IMG/VR virus record: IMGVR_UViG_3300046167_000289
Location: 1-58,119 of that record
DNA: 58,119 nucleotides
Reading direction: 5' to 3' (one strand)
Origin: a virus
Taxonomy: Duplodnaviria; Caudoviricetes
The position numbers and the translations under genes were made by a program. The notes under the pieces are model-generated. The model made no database searches. It was not told where the DNA came from and worked only from the letters and a program-made list of their open reading frames with translations. Of this stretch, positions 17,873 to 27,694 are shown piece after piece; position 1 is the first letter of the stretch; the number at the start of each line of letters is the position of its first letter.

Positions 17873-19635
17873 ATGCCTAAAGTCTTTCTTATTTTATTTA
17901 AAGTACTTCTATAAGCACCTCTATCTGCTCTATCTATCATTCTTTCACCCATCTCGCTTGGGTTCTTAGGTTCTTTTAAACCCTTTCCGTAAGCATTAGA
18001 TGAATCAACTTGCTTACCATCTTTCTTTTTGTAAACTCTTAACTCCCAATAGTGATGACAGTTCTTACCGCCTTTGTATTTTAGTAAACTGTAGTTTCTA
18101 CCTTTATGACCTAACTCTTTGTTTACACCCCTAAAAGACATCATATTAATATCTTCCTTTCTAAATACAACCTTTCTACCTGTTAATATTTCCATTCTCT
18201 TACAGAAATCTCTACTGTTTGGAGACTTTCTCTCTGGCATATAAGCGTATCTAATTTTATACACACCATCGTCTTCAGATGACGCTTTATCAGAATACTT
18301 GATTTCAGCCATTTTAACGGACTCATTTTCGTCTTGGTATATCTCACTATGGATTACCTCCCAATCATCGCTTAAAACCTCTCCTAAAGCCTCTAATTGG
18401 CTAATCATATCATCACCCTCCTCTTCAGAAAAGTCTTTATTGTCTTCAGCAGATAATTTCTCTCCTGTTTCCTCTTCTTTTCTAATCTTAGTAGATACGT
18501 TGTCTAACTCTGTAAATTCGATTGGTTGTAATGTAACGAAATATAAATCTTGGTATATCTTGTTAAATTCAAGTATCTCTGTTAATCCATAGATAATACC
18601 ATCTTGAAATGGTCTGATAATTACGTTATCCATTAATACAGATGCAGTTCTTAATTCTTCTGCATTGTTACCAAAACCTGTGTTGTCTTTAATACCTAAA
18701 AGTATTGGAGATACAATTCCGTGTCCTAACATTATCTTCTCTCTTGCCTCATCAGATAAGAATTGATATTGTGCGTGAGCATCTGGTAAGTGTATAGCCT
18801 CTATATCAGCTTTAGTTTCTGCTGATTCGTTAAATGCAATAATAGCTTTACCACTATTAGAGCTACCACTAAACTTTTGGTTAATCTTGCTCTCTATAGA
18901 CTGTTGAGTCTCAGCATTAGGTATACCATTATTAAAGTTTACAAATAAACTCGGTTGTAATCCATTCTCTATATTCGATAAATGATAGTTAGATACTTCT
19001 GATTCTAACTCACTATATTGCAAAGATGCTTGATAATCTACTGTAGAGTAGTAATAGAAACCACTTCTGTAAGGTTTAAACACATAAAGTTCGTTTACTT
19101 GAGATTTACTACCATTACCAAATGTAGGTATTCTTTTAGGATTATCTGAGTTTTTACAGTCCTTCCAGGATGGATGATAGTAATAAGCCTTTATAACACC
19201 TTTAGTAGCCTTCTCAGCTCTAAGAGTCTCCATAGGAAAGTGAGATACCTTTAGTATTTTTGTTTTAGCTTTGTTGTATGTTAGTTGCATAACACCTTGA
19301 CCTAACAACTTGTAATCATTAACAAGTCTCTTAACTTCTCTTGGTCTAAGTAGTTTTTTCATTCTAACATAATCTTCAGGAAATAAATCTGAATTAGTAG
19401 ATTCTAAACCTCTACCGTAAATCATATCAACAATACCGTTAATACATCTACCATTAGTAGGACTGTCAAGGTATCTATCTATAAGATTATCAAAATAATC
19501 GTTATTATCCCCAAATGCAACCCACTCTTTATTGTGAACCTCTTTGATTGTAGGAACTTGGTAAGAAGACATATTGACAACTCTAATGCTATCTTTGTAT
19601 TCTTTACTAACTGTATTTTTCTTATTTGAACTCAT
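17869..19635 (-). CDS. Portal protein with C-terminal extension
   Basis: 588 aa; FGDNNDY, NIENGLQPS, IMLGHGIVSPILLGI; extension SRDFC...GGKNCHHYW. Confidence 0.8.
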   Translation of the reverse strand: MSSNKKNTVSKEYKDSIRVVNMSSYQVPTIKEVHNKEWVAFGDNNDYFDNLIDRYLDSPTNGRCINGIVDMIYGRGLESTNSDLFPEDYVRMKKLLRPREVKRLVNDYKLLGQGVMQLTYNKAKTKILKVSHFPMETLRAEKATKGVIKAYYYHPSWKDCKNSDNPKRIPTFGNGSKSQVNELYVFKPYRSGFYYYSTVDYQASLQYSELESEVSNYHLSNIENGLQPSLFVNFNNGIPNAETQQSIESKINQKFSGSSNSGKAIIAFNESAETKADIEAIHLPDAHAQYQFLSDEAREKIMLGHGIVSPILLGIKDNTGFGNNAEELRTASVLMDNVIIRPFQDGIIYGLTEILEFNKIYQDLYFVTLQPIEFTELDNVSTKIRKEEETGEKLSAEDNKDFSEEEGDDMISQLEALGEVLSDDWEVIHSEIYQDENESVKMAEIKYSDKASSEDDGVYKIRYAYMPERKSPNSRDFCKRMEILTGRKVVFRKEDINMMSFRGVNKELGHKGRNYSLLKYKGGKNCHHYWELRVYKKKDGKQVDSSNAYGKGLKEPKNPSEMGERMIDRADRGAYRSTLNKIRKTLGI

Positions 19636-20069
19636 TATATTATGTATGTGTTATCATCTACTGTACTGTAAGGCTTGTAAATTGTGCCATTACCTATCTC
19701 GTGTTTCTCAGTTACTCTTTCAGAAGCAGTCTGAGATGTTGCGTATATCTTATCTCTATACCACAATTTATCATTGTTAGTTATCTCTAAGTAATAAGTA
19801 GAGTCTTCCTCAAGAATTGTTGGACTAAACTTAAGATTAGTAAAGTTTGAATCACTTGCTATATAAATAACATCTAAAACCTCTTCTTTACCATCTCCAT
19901 CTCTCCTTAATTTAATAGAATAATCCATAGTTAGGATAAAATCTAAACAAGTAGATTCTTCAAAAACTCCTCCCTCAGACAATACTCTTGCCTTTAGGGT
20001 GTTGTTAAAGACACTTCTCGCTGCAATACTAATTGTCTTTTCTCCTAATGTCGGTTCTAATATTAACAT
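19635..20069 (-). CDS. Putative structural protein (144 aa)
   Basis: Directly behind a late promoter, upstream of the portal. Confidence 0.65.
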   Translation of the reverse strand: MLILEPTLGEKTISIAARSVFNNTLKARVLSEGGVFEESTCLDFILTMDYSIKLRRDGDGKEEVLDVIYIASDSNFTNLKFSPTILEEDSTYYLEITNNDKLWYRDKIYATSQTASERVTEKHEIGNGTIYKPYSTVDDNTYII

Positions 20070-20074
20070 ACTAT

Positions 20075-20102
20075 GATAACTAAATAATTTATTTTTGTTT
20101 TA
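20075..20102 (-). promoter_or_regulatory. Putative late promoter
   Basis: TAAAAC-N16-GTTATC, ATG 5 nt downstream. Confidence 0.65.
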
Positions 20103-20108
20103 TTTAAT

Positions 20109-20133
20109 AAAAAAACCCCACCAAATGGTAGGG
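20109..20133 (-). terminator. Intrinsic terminator after tail tube gene
   Basis: CCCTACCA/TGGTGGGG stem plus U run. Confidence 0.65.
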
Positions 20134-20157
20134 CTTAGTTTAATTGATAAATTACTA

Positions 20158-20703
20158 TTATGCAATAGTAAATCCAGCAGCAGTAATGTTTTCAGCAGGG
20201 GTATTTCCTGCAGCTGCAACGTTAATGAAGTTTGCAGGTGCTTTTTCCATACCTGTAAAACTTAGAGTATATCCACTCATATCAGCCATAGCTCCACCTG
20301 TTACTACAGTACCTCCTGTTACGTCAGCACCATACTCAGCTCCAGCTAAGAATACATTTCCGTTATTGTCTTCGATAAGAATGTTTGGTCTTCCGAAAGA
20401 TAATAATTTAATAGTATTGTGGTCTTCTTTAGTTAATTTTTTAAGTGTCAACTCTAACACTTGTTCAAATGCAGTAGTTCCATTCTCTCTACTTGATTGA
20501 ATGTTTTCTGTATAGGTAGAGTTTCCTCTAACTTCGTATTTGTAAGCACTTGGAGAACCAGCAACTGCATCAATTACATCTACATCTGTAGAATCGTATG
20601 TTATACCAGTTATGTCTCCAAAATTTACAAAATAAACAGCATTGATTCCTCCAACACTATCTTTACAAGGTTCTGTTCTACCTAAAGTAATATCACAAGC
20701 CAT
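20158..20703 (-). CDS. Major tail tube protein
   Basis: MACDITLGRTEPCKDSVGG..., SSRENGTTAFEQVL, SGYTLSFTGME; follows the capsid gene. Confidence 0.7.
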   Translation of the reverse strand: MACDITLGRTEPCKDSVGGINAVYFVNFGDITGITYDSTDVDVIDAVAGSPSAYKYEVRGNSTYTENIQSSRENGTTAFEQVLELTLKKLTKEDHNTIKLLSFGRPNILIEDNNGNVFLAGAEYGADVTGGTVVTGGAMADMSGYTLSFTGMEKAPANFINVAAAGNTPAENITAAGFTIA

Positions 20704-20730
20704 AATATTTATTTTTTATTTATTAGTTAT

Positions 20731-20763
20731 AAAAAAAGGGATAGATAGTAATTACCTACCCCT
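20731..20763 (-). terminator. Intrinsic terminator after capsid gene
   Basis: GGGGTAGGTA/TATCTATCCC stem plus U run. Confidence 0.7.
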
Positions 20764-20786
20764 CTTTTTGTTTATTTATTTGAATC

Positions 20787-21719
20787 TTAGATTCCGTAAG
20801 TTACGATGTCTTCAACAACTCCGTACTGTACTCCTGCGGTAAACCTCATTATGATTCTTACGTTTTGAGAACCATCTAAGTCTGCCATATCCAATACTTT
20901 TACTTCTTGGTGGTCTGATAATAAACCAGTTCCAAATTGTAAGTTATCTTTAGTAGTTGCTACGGCAGTATTTGCTGCTAATCCGTTAGCCATAAAGATT
21001 TTTACACCATCAAAGTATAAGATGTTGATGTCTTGGTTGTTTCCTTGAGAACCTACACCAGCAGCACCTTGTCCTCCAGATTGGAATCCTCCTAATGCTC
21101 TCTTGTATGCTCTAAAGATGTTTTGAGAAACATAGATAAACAAATCATCTCTACCATATAAAGCAGAAGGGATTTGGTCAACTACTTTTCCTAACTCGTC
21201 TATTACGTTAGCAGCAGTTACAGTAGTTCCTGCAATTTGTTGTGCAGCTGGTAAAGCAGCATCAGCAGCTAATAAAGTAGAGAATCCGTCAAATGAACCT
21301 TCTCCATCTGCTCCTGCCCATATGTTCTGCTCATTCTTTTGTGCTACTTTAGCAGCAACATAAGAGATTAAGTAGTCTTGGAAAGAAGATGGTAAGTTAT
21401 CAAATGCAGAATATCCCATTTGGATTGCATCCCAATCTGAACGGAAATCTTTCTTACATAATTCTAAGTTAACTTGTAATTCCTTTGGTTCAAGGATTCT
21501 TTCAGTTAAAGTCAAAGTTGAAGTGTCATTGAAGTCACAAGTACCATTCTTAGTGATACCATCTAATTCCAATCTTTTAACAACCTCTTTGAACTTTACG
21601 TTTGGTCGGATAGTTAGTCCACCATTTGCAATAGTGTTACCTGAAAGTAAAGCAGCAGAAATATATTTCCCTGCTGATTCTCCAGCGTAAGTTGTAGTAA
21701 TACTTGTAGTAGTAGCCAT
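20787..21719 (-). CDS. Major capsid protein
   Basis: 310 aa, TYAGE.AG.YI, downstream of protease and scaffold, followed by a terminator. Confidence 0.85.
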   Translation of the reverse strand: MATTTSITTTYAGESAGKYISAALLSGNTIANGGLTIRPNVKFKEVVKRLELDGITKNGTCDFNDTSTLTLTERILEPKELQVNLELCKKDFRSDWDAIQMGYSAFDNLPSSFQDYLISYVAAKVAQKNEQNIWAGADGEGSFDGFSTLLAADAALPAAQQIAGTTVTAANVIDELGKVVDQIPSALYGRDDLFIYVSQNIFRAYKRALGGFQSGGQGAAGVGSQGNNQDINILYFDGVKIFMANGLAANTAVATTKDNLQFGTGLLSDHQEVKVLDMADLDGSQNVRIIMRFTAGVQYGVVEDIVTYGI

Positions 21720-21730
21720 TTTGTCTAATT

Positions 21731-22207
21731 TTAATTAAATAACATTCTATTAACTCTTTGTTCAGTAGTCATAGATTTGTTTAGGTTTGATAATAAATTC
21801 TTTTTCTTTTCGATTTCAGCCTCTGGAGAATGTACAACTTCTTCTACATTTTCAGATAGTTCAACCTCTTCTTGTTTAGATAACTCCTCAGGAACTTCTT
21901 TAGCTTCTCCCATTGGTTTATCTTCGATTAATGCTTTAATCATAGAAAGTAGCTCTGATTTTACTGCTGCTAACTCATCAGAAGTAGCGTAACTCATAGC
22001 AGGTGCTTCAACTTCCTCCTCGATTACAACCTCTTCTTTAGGCTCTTCAGCAAGTACAACCTCTTCCACTTCCTCTTTTACTTCTTCAGTTACTTCCTCT
22101 GTAGATAACTCTACTGACTCTTCAACTGCAACGTCTTCTACCTTCAATTCTTCCTTAGAAAGATTTAAAAGGTCTTTGACATTGTTAAGGATTTCTGTCG
22201 CTTTCAT
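21731..22207 (-). CDS. Putative scaffolding protein
   Basis: Glu-rich, lies between protease and capsid. Confidence 0.65.
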   Translation of the reverse strand: MKATEILNNVKDLLNLSKEELKVEDVAVEESVELSTEEVTEEVKEEVEEVVLAEEPKEEVVIEEEVEAPAMSYATSDELAAVKSELLSMIKALIEDKPMGEAKEVPEELSKQEEVELSENVEEVVHSPEAEIEKKKNLLSNLNKSMTTEQRVNRMLFN

Positions 22208-22226
22208 ACTTATTGATTTATATTAA

Positions 22227-22254
22227 TATAACTATTTAAAAATTTACTGTCTTA
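22227..22254 (-). promoter_or_regulatory. Putative late promoter (scaffold/capsid)
   Basis: TAAGAC-N16-GTTATA. Confidence 0.65.
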
Positions 22255-22257
22255 TTT

Positions 22258-22392
22258 TTACTCCTCTTCTTGCTTGTGAATTGAGCCTATACCTTGCTTC
22301 CAATACTCATCTGCATTGCACTTTCTTTTCTTAGTGTACTTATCACATTCTATAGAGTAAGTATTCTTACATTTGCAATATTTAGCTCTCAT
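22258..22392 (-). CDS. Small Cys-rich protein (44 aa)
   Basis: MRAKYCKCKNTYSIECD...QGIGSI; overlaps the protease stop. Confidence 0.55.
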   Translation of the reverse strand: MRAKYCKCKNTYSIECDKYTKKRKCNADEYWKQGIGSIHKQEEE

Positions 22393-23275
22393 TGTCTATC
22401 TTTTTTAGTTTGCTGATTGCCCAATTAACACCTGCTGAACCACCCCAAGCATCCCACATAATACCACCACATCCTTCTGAATAAGGCACGTCTTTATGTT
22501 GCTGATGTCTTTTGAATGATGCCATTCTTGCAATAGTATCTCTACTTAAAGGCTCTCTGTTGGCTAATTGACTTGCTCTTGTCCATCCAACACTTGTACC
22601 GCAAGAACTTCCGTTCTCTTTCTTATACTTTAATGCTCTCTTAGCATTGTTAGTTGCACCTTGTGGATAATCACTATAAGACTTTAATTCTACATCTTCG
22701 GTTAATAGTTTCTTTATCTCTTCTAATACACTACTTGCTTCAACCTCTTCAATATCCTCTACATTGTCGCTAAACATACCTTCGATACTTAATCCTAAGT
22801 ATTTACCTTGCTTAACATCTTCCCATACCTCATCATTATCTATCTTCATAGTAACTGCCCAAGCACCTTTTACTGCGTTTAATCCATATAAAGCAGTTTT
22901 GTCTTTCTCTGGGTCTTCTACTATCCAAGATTCTATAACAGATACACCTCCTGTAAATTCAGCGTGTTCTAATGTTGTATTATTGTTTTTAAGACGTTTT
23001 AAGTATAGTTCAGACGCTTTTCTTACTGTTTCGGTAGAGAACGTTATATTGTACTCATAGTCTCCCTTACGTCTGTATATTAGCTTATTTGGCACTAATG
23101 CTAAACCAACGATTATTCTCTTTTCTGAATCAATAGTTTTGAACTCTACTTTATGTTTGCTTAAAGCTACAAAGTTCTCTTCAATAGCAGGAAACTCAAC
23201 TAAAGATATAGCTTCAATTCCATCTTCCTCTTTTGATTCGTCTATAAATAATTCTATTGTATCTAATCCTTCCAT
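22382..23275 (-). CDS. Prohead protease (XkdF-like) with C-terminal extra domain
   Basis: AISLVEFPAIE, TLEH, ESWIV, GLSIEG; extension YSDYP...WDAWGG. Confidence 0.8.
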   Translation of the reverse strand: MEGLDTIELFIDESKEEDGIEAISLVEFPAIEENFVALSKHKVEFKTIDSEKRIIVGLALVPNKLIYRRKGDYEYNITFSTETVRKASELYLKRLKNNNTTLEHAEFTGGVSVIESWIVEDPEKDKTALYGLNAVKGAWAVTMKIDNDEVWEDVKQGKYLGLSIEGMFSDNVEDIEEVEASSVLEEIKKLLTEDVELKSYSDYPQGATNNAKRALKYKKENGSSCGTSVGWTRASQLANREPLSRDTIARMASFKRHQQHKDVPYSEGCGGIMWDAWGGSAGVNWAISKLKKIDNES

Positions 23276-23295
23276 ATTTAACTTATTTATATTAT

Positions 23296-23324
23296 GTTAA
23301 CTTATTTTGTTTTATTTTGTTTTA
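23296..23324 (-). promoter_or_regulatory. Putative late promoter (protease)
   Basis: TAAAAC-N17-GTTAAC. Confidence 0.6.
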
Positions 23325-23326
23325 TT

Positions 23327-25468
23327 TTAAGTACCTGCTTGACCTACAATCATACCATCTAACTGTTGTTGGGTAGTAACATCTCTTGATACTACGTATG
23401 CTTTTAATGGCTTACCGAATTGTGCTTGTATAGCGTTTATAAGTAAGTTGTCGTTAGACCTGCCTACTATGTTAAACGAAGGCTCTGCACGTTCAGTAGC
23501 ACCTGCTCCACCACTTGCTGCTCCTACATTCATAGGTGTGGATGCTGCTTCTGGTTGAAATTTCTGTCTCGCAATAACTGCTACTTGAGCCATACCTGCA
23601 CCAATAACGGCAGTCATAGCCGCAATCTTTGCAAAAGCACCTCCATATGTTTGTTTAGAAGCGTTAATACCTGCTGCTATTGTGTCAGCGACTGCAATGG
23701 ATATGTTAAACGCTTTTTGTGTATCAAACGCTTTTTTCTTAATTTTGTTTTGTTTTTTCCTTAACTCTTCGTCATTTATAGCTATTTGATTTTGTATCTT
23801 AGCTCTTTCGTCCTTAGATAGATTTTCATTTAATAATCTATCATTTAATTCTTTATTTAAAACATTGGTTTTGTTTTGCTCTATGGTTAATTGCCTATCA
23901 GTTTCTCCTTGAAGAAAGTCGCTAACACCACTCATTAACTGCTTATATTTGTCTAAGTAAAAAGTTAAATCCTCGAGGTCTTCTGGGTCTGGATTGTCAA
24001 TCTTAGGTTTTAGTATAATTGTTCCTGTTATCTTCGCAGTATCACTTATTTCATCAAAATCTTCATCCTTTATTATTTCTGCAAGACCTGCGATTTCGTT
24101 GTAATAAGAATCTACAAAACTTTTTGGTTTAACTTTTGGAGTAATAGATTCTTCTAATTCTTTTTTAAGTCTCTCTATTATCTTAGTCTCATCTTTAAAT
24201 GCTTTAGAACCTACTTTAAGATTAGCATCTCTAAATTTTTCTAAAGAGGATATAGCATCGTTATACCAATCAACAGAACCAAAAACAAGAGGTTCTTTTA
24301 CATTTTTATTAAGTTCGCCTTTAATTTTCTTTATAGCTTCCTCAGCATTAGTTATCTTTAAAGTATATTTCTGCCATTGCTCACTGCTTTCAGATAATTT
24401 ATCTCTTTGTTTTTGTAATAGTGATATTTCTTGCTTTAAACCTTTTACAGTTTTTATTGAAGACTTGTTTTGCTCGTCTCTTTTTTGTTTAAATTCATTT
24501 ATTTTATCAGCAGAATCCTTATATATAGAATTTCTTTCTTCTATAAGTTCTTTTTCTCTATCAATTAATGGATTTAATCTTCTTAGTGTTCTTTCTTGAA
24601 CCTCTCCAGTAAGTTCTATTTGAGTTGCCTTTATTCCTTCCCAATAAGTTCTATCCTTAGAAATTTTTATCAATTCTTCCTCAATATCAGAAACCCTTTT
24701 AGAGCTATCAGCAATTTCTGCATCTATTATTGCTTTTTCCTTCATTAATTCGATATAGCCCTCAATAGAAGCACCAACGTCATCCCTAAGAACCCTTGCT
24801 AAACCTTCAAATTCAGATTTTAAATCACTTGTTGATTTTTCTACCTTTTTTTGCGCTCCAAAAAAACCATCAAACAAGGAAACAACTGTAGTGATAGCTA
24901 ATACTATACCCAACGGACCCATAAGAGCAGTCCACATTTGCCTCATTGCTGCTTTAAAACTACCTGCTGCTGTTGTGGCAAAACCTAATTGAGATACTAA
25001 CTGAGTAATGTTGTTAGCCATACCTCGAATACCATAAGGTGCATCAGAGATAACTCTACCTAATTCCATAGTTGCAGATGTTGCTGCTCCTGATGAGTTT
25101 TTAAGCATACCATTAGAATTCACTAATCCTTCAGTACTTCTTCTTAGAGAATCTTTCTTTTGGTTAAGTAAATCGATAGTATTACCCATCTCTACATACT
25201 CCTTAGACGATATATCTAAAGCAGACCTTAACGAATTTAATTTACTTATTTCTGCATTTAAAGTAATTTCAGAATTCTTGTGAGCAACTACATTTCCATC
25301 TGTAGCATTTTTGTTTTTATTAATTGAAACAGTAAGGTCGTTAAAGTTCTCTTTTAACTTATTAACAGGTACTTGGGTAGCTACTATCTGACCTTTTAAA
25401 TCTCTTATTGTAGCAGTTCCACTTTCACTATCTACAATTATCTTATAAACTATATTATTATCTGCCAT
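23327..25468 (-). CDS. Tape measure protein
   Basis: 713 aa, coiled-coil with Ala/Gly-rich amphipathic segments. Confidence 0.8.
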   Translation of the reverse strand: MADNNIVYKIIVDSESGTATIRDLKGQIVATQVPVNKLKENFNDLTVSINKNKNATDGNVVAHKNSEITLNAEISKLNSLRSALDISSKEYVEMGNTIDLLNQKKDSLRRSTEGLVNSNGMLKNSSGAATSATMELGRVISDAPYGIRGMANNITQLVSQLGFATTAAGSFKAAMRQMWTALMGPLGIVLAITTVVSLFDGFFGAQKKVEKSTSDLKSEFEGLARVLRDDVGASIEGYIELMKEKAIIDAEIADSSKRVSDIEEELIKISKDRTYWEGIKATQIELTGEVQERTLRRLNPLIDREKELIEERNSIYKDSADKINEFKQKRDEQNKSSIKTVKGLKQEISLLQKQRDKLSESSEQWQKYTLKITNAEEAIKKIKGELNKNVKEPLVFGSVDWYNDAISSLEKFRDANLKVGSKAFKDETKIIERLKKELEESITPKVKPKSFVDSYYNEIAGLAEIIKDEDFDEISDTAKITGTIILKPKIDNPDPEDLEDLTFYLDKYKQLMSGVSDFLQGETDRQLTIEQNKTNVLNKELNDRLLNENLSKDERAKIQNQIAINDEELRKKQNKIKKKAFDTQKAFNISIAVADTIAAGINASKQTYGGAFAKIAAMTAVIGAGMAQVAVIARQKFQPEAASTPMNVGAASGGAGATERAEPSFNIVGRSNDNLLINAIQAQFGKPLKAYVVSRDVTTQQQLDGMIVGQAGT

Positions 25469-25610
25469 TTGTTAGTTTTTTTCTTTTTATACTTGTTTTT
25501 AACTCTCTAAAACTTGAAGGCATTTCATATAGTCCTTTAGCTATATTGACATCCTTGTCTTCAATCAACCACTCGTTATTTCTTAGTAATTCTAATGTTT
25601 CTCTTATCAT
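25458..25610 (-). CDS. Hypothetical protein (50 aa)
   Basis: MIRETLELLRNNEW...IAKGLY; fills the gap and is coupled on both sides. Confidence 0.55.
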   Translation of the reverse strand: MIRETLELLRNNEWLIEDKDVNIAKGLYEMPSSFRELKTSIKRKKLTNGR

Positions 25611-27694
25611 TATATGTCGCTTAATAATTCTATCTCTGATTTACCTGTATAAAAATCTGTCTCTATCGAGTTTATCTTATAGCTTTTACCTGAAACTATA
25701 AACCTATCTGCTAACGTATACTTGTACAGTATTCTTAAAGGTAAGTAAGCAGTTATCTTAGTTAACCTATTAGACTCATTAAACACACTTGAGATATAGT
25801 TTATATGATAATTATTAAAAAGAGTCTCATTTGTTGTAACTAATTCCCATTCATCTGGCTCAGGACTAAAATTTAAAGATTGTCTATCTGATACTTGAGT
25901 TTTGCTTAAGTCAGAATTAGCAGGTGCATAGTAAGAACTAATTGGTGTATGGCTTGAAGGCTCGTTAGTTACAGGGTCTACTGAATTAACAAATGATATT
26001 CTTTCATCTGTAGCAAGTGTCTTTAAATCCATATAAAAAATCAAAGGCTTACCTATGTAACTTGATTCGTTATCGTCAACACAAAAACCCCATTGTATAT
26101 CTGTTAAATCACTTGTATTTAAATCTATTAACCTCTCGAACTTCATATGTTCGAAAGGTATCTTATAGTTATAAATACCTTCAGAAAATATCTTTAATGA
26201 ATCTCCACTATAAGTACTACCCTTGTATTCTTCTCTACCCCAATCTTTATTAAATAGTTGATTATGTTGTTTAGCTAAGAAAGTGCCTAACCCTTCATAT
26301 GTAAAAACTATTTCTCTAAAAGGTAATGCAACATTTGTCTGACTCTTGCTTACATCAACGTATTTTGTTATATCGTAAGAGTTATATGAAGAGTAAAAAG
26401 AATCTAATGTTTTAACAACCATTTCACCACCTTGAACGTAAGCAACTAAATTAAACATCCTAAATATAGATGTTAAAAAGTCAATAACCTTCATTTTAGG
26501 TATTTGTTGTTGTATATTAAATATAAATTCCTCAGCTACATTGAATGTGGTATCGTAAGTGTCTGATTGATTAGGAAACGTATCTACACTCCATCTAACA
26601 AGGTCAAAAGAAACTGCTTCGTTAGACGCTACTTGAACAGTATAACCTGCAAGTAAAGCTATAGGTATATTAAAACTTCTAATTCCTGAATCACTTGTAC
26701 TTTGATAAACAACGTTTCCAGACTGAAAAACAGTTACTGAGTATGATTTATTTATAGAAGCTGAATTTGGTTCTAACCTAAGCACCAAAGAATCTATCAC
26801 AGCATTGGTTAAAGTAAGTGCATTATTAGACATTCTACTTATACTACCTACATAATTACTCCATCCTTCTACAAAACTGACATATTCGGTAATTTGAGAA
26901 CCTGTTGTTACCCCACCTTTGGTTCTATGTAACCACATATATAAATTCTGAAAAGAATCATCATTATCAAAGAAATCTGAACTAAATACTATTCCGTATT
27001 GATTCTCTATTGCTTTTATTATTATCTTTAATTTTATAGCAAATTTTAATTCATTCCATTTAACTCCGTGGTCAAAAGGATTTCCGTTTTGGTGGTCATA
27101 GTAAAGATTACCTGTGTTTAATATAGATTCATTAGAATTATAATAAAGCCTTTGAGTATGTGTAATTAAAGGAACTTGAATTGCATTAGGATAAACTACA
27201 CCATCAACAGTCCTATCATCTACAGATTCTGTTAAATATTGTTCTATAAAGGCAGGATTCCATAGTAAATCATCACCATTCTCATCAACGCTAAAGTTAT
27301 TTAACCAATCTAAGTCAGACAACAAATCTTCACCTAATAAGTTTTTTAATGATATAGTGTTGCCAAAGAAAGTTATTCTATAGGTGTGTGCTTTATTACC
27401 TCTTAAATCAACTCCTTCAAGTTTAATATAACCAGTTTTAAAAGGTATAGAGTTTAGCTCAAGTTTAGCAGGTACTCGTATTCTTGCATCAAAACCACCC
27501 ACTATATCATTATTGTAATAGTGTTTAAATATTTTATTATTAGTTTTACTCGCAGGAAGACTAAATGTTTGAGAATATTCAGTAAATACTTTATTTACAT
27601 CTCTAACATCTTTTATAGTGTCAGTAATAGTAACACCAACATCATTAAACATTTCGGCTCTTTGTCCTTCTATGTATACTTCTACTTTCTGCAT
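25610..27694 (-). CDS. Tail tip/hub protein
   Basis: 694 aa; YSQTFSLPASKTNNKIF; adjacent to tape measure. Confidence 0.7.
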   Translation of the reverse strand: MQKVEVYIEGQRAEMFNDVGVTITDTIKDVRDVNKVFTEYSQTFSLPASKTNNKIFKHYYNNDIVGGFDARIRVPAKLELNSIPFKTGYIKLEGVDLRGNKAHTYRITFFGNTISLKNLLGEDLLSDLDWLNNFSVDENGDDLLWNPAFIEQYLTESVDDRTVDGVVYPNAIQVPLITHTQRLYYNSNESILNTGNLYYDHQNGNPFDHGVKWNELKFAIKLKIIIKAIENQYGIVFSSDFFDNDDSFQNLYMWLHRTKGGVTTGSQITEYVSFVEGWSNYVGSISRMSNNALTLTNAVIDSLVLRLEPNSASINKSYSVTVFQSGNVVYQSTSDSGIRSFNIPIALLAGYTVQVASNEAVSFDLVRWSVDTFPNQSDTYDTTFNVAEEFIFNIQQQIPKMKVIDFLTSIFRMFNLVAYVQGGEMVVKTLDSFYSSYNSYDITKYVDVSKSQTNVALPFREIVFTYEGLGTFLAKQHNQLFNKDWGREEYKGSTYSGDSLKIFSEGIYNYKIPFEHMKFERLIDLNTSDLTDIQWGFCVDDNESSYIGKPLIFYMDLKTLATDERISFVNSVDPVTNEPSSHTPISSYYAPANSDLSKTQVSDRQSLNFSPEPDEWELVTTNETLFNNYHINYISSVFNESNRLTKITAYLPLRILYKYTLADRFIVSGKSYKINSIETDFYTGKSEIELLSDI

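Larger units (their letters stand above)
411..21198. repeat. Genome copy A of large imperfect direct repeat (phage genome over-read or concatemer)
   Basis: Same genes in same order recur at 39145-58119; offset 38734 at left end and 36921 at right end because of indels. Confidence 0.97.
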
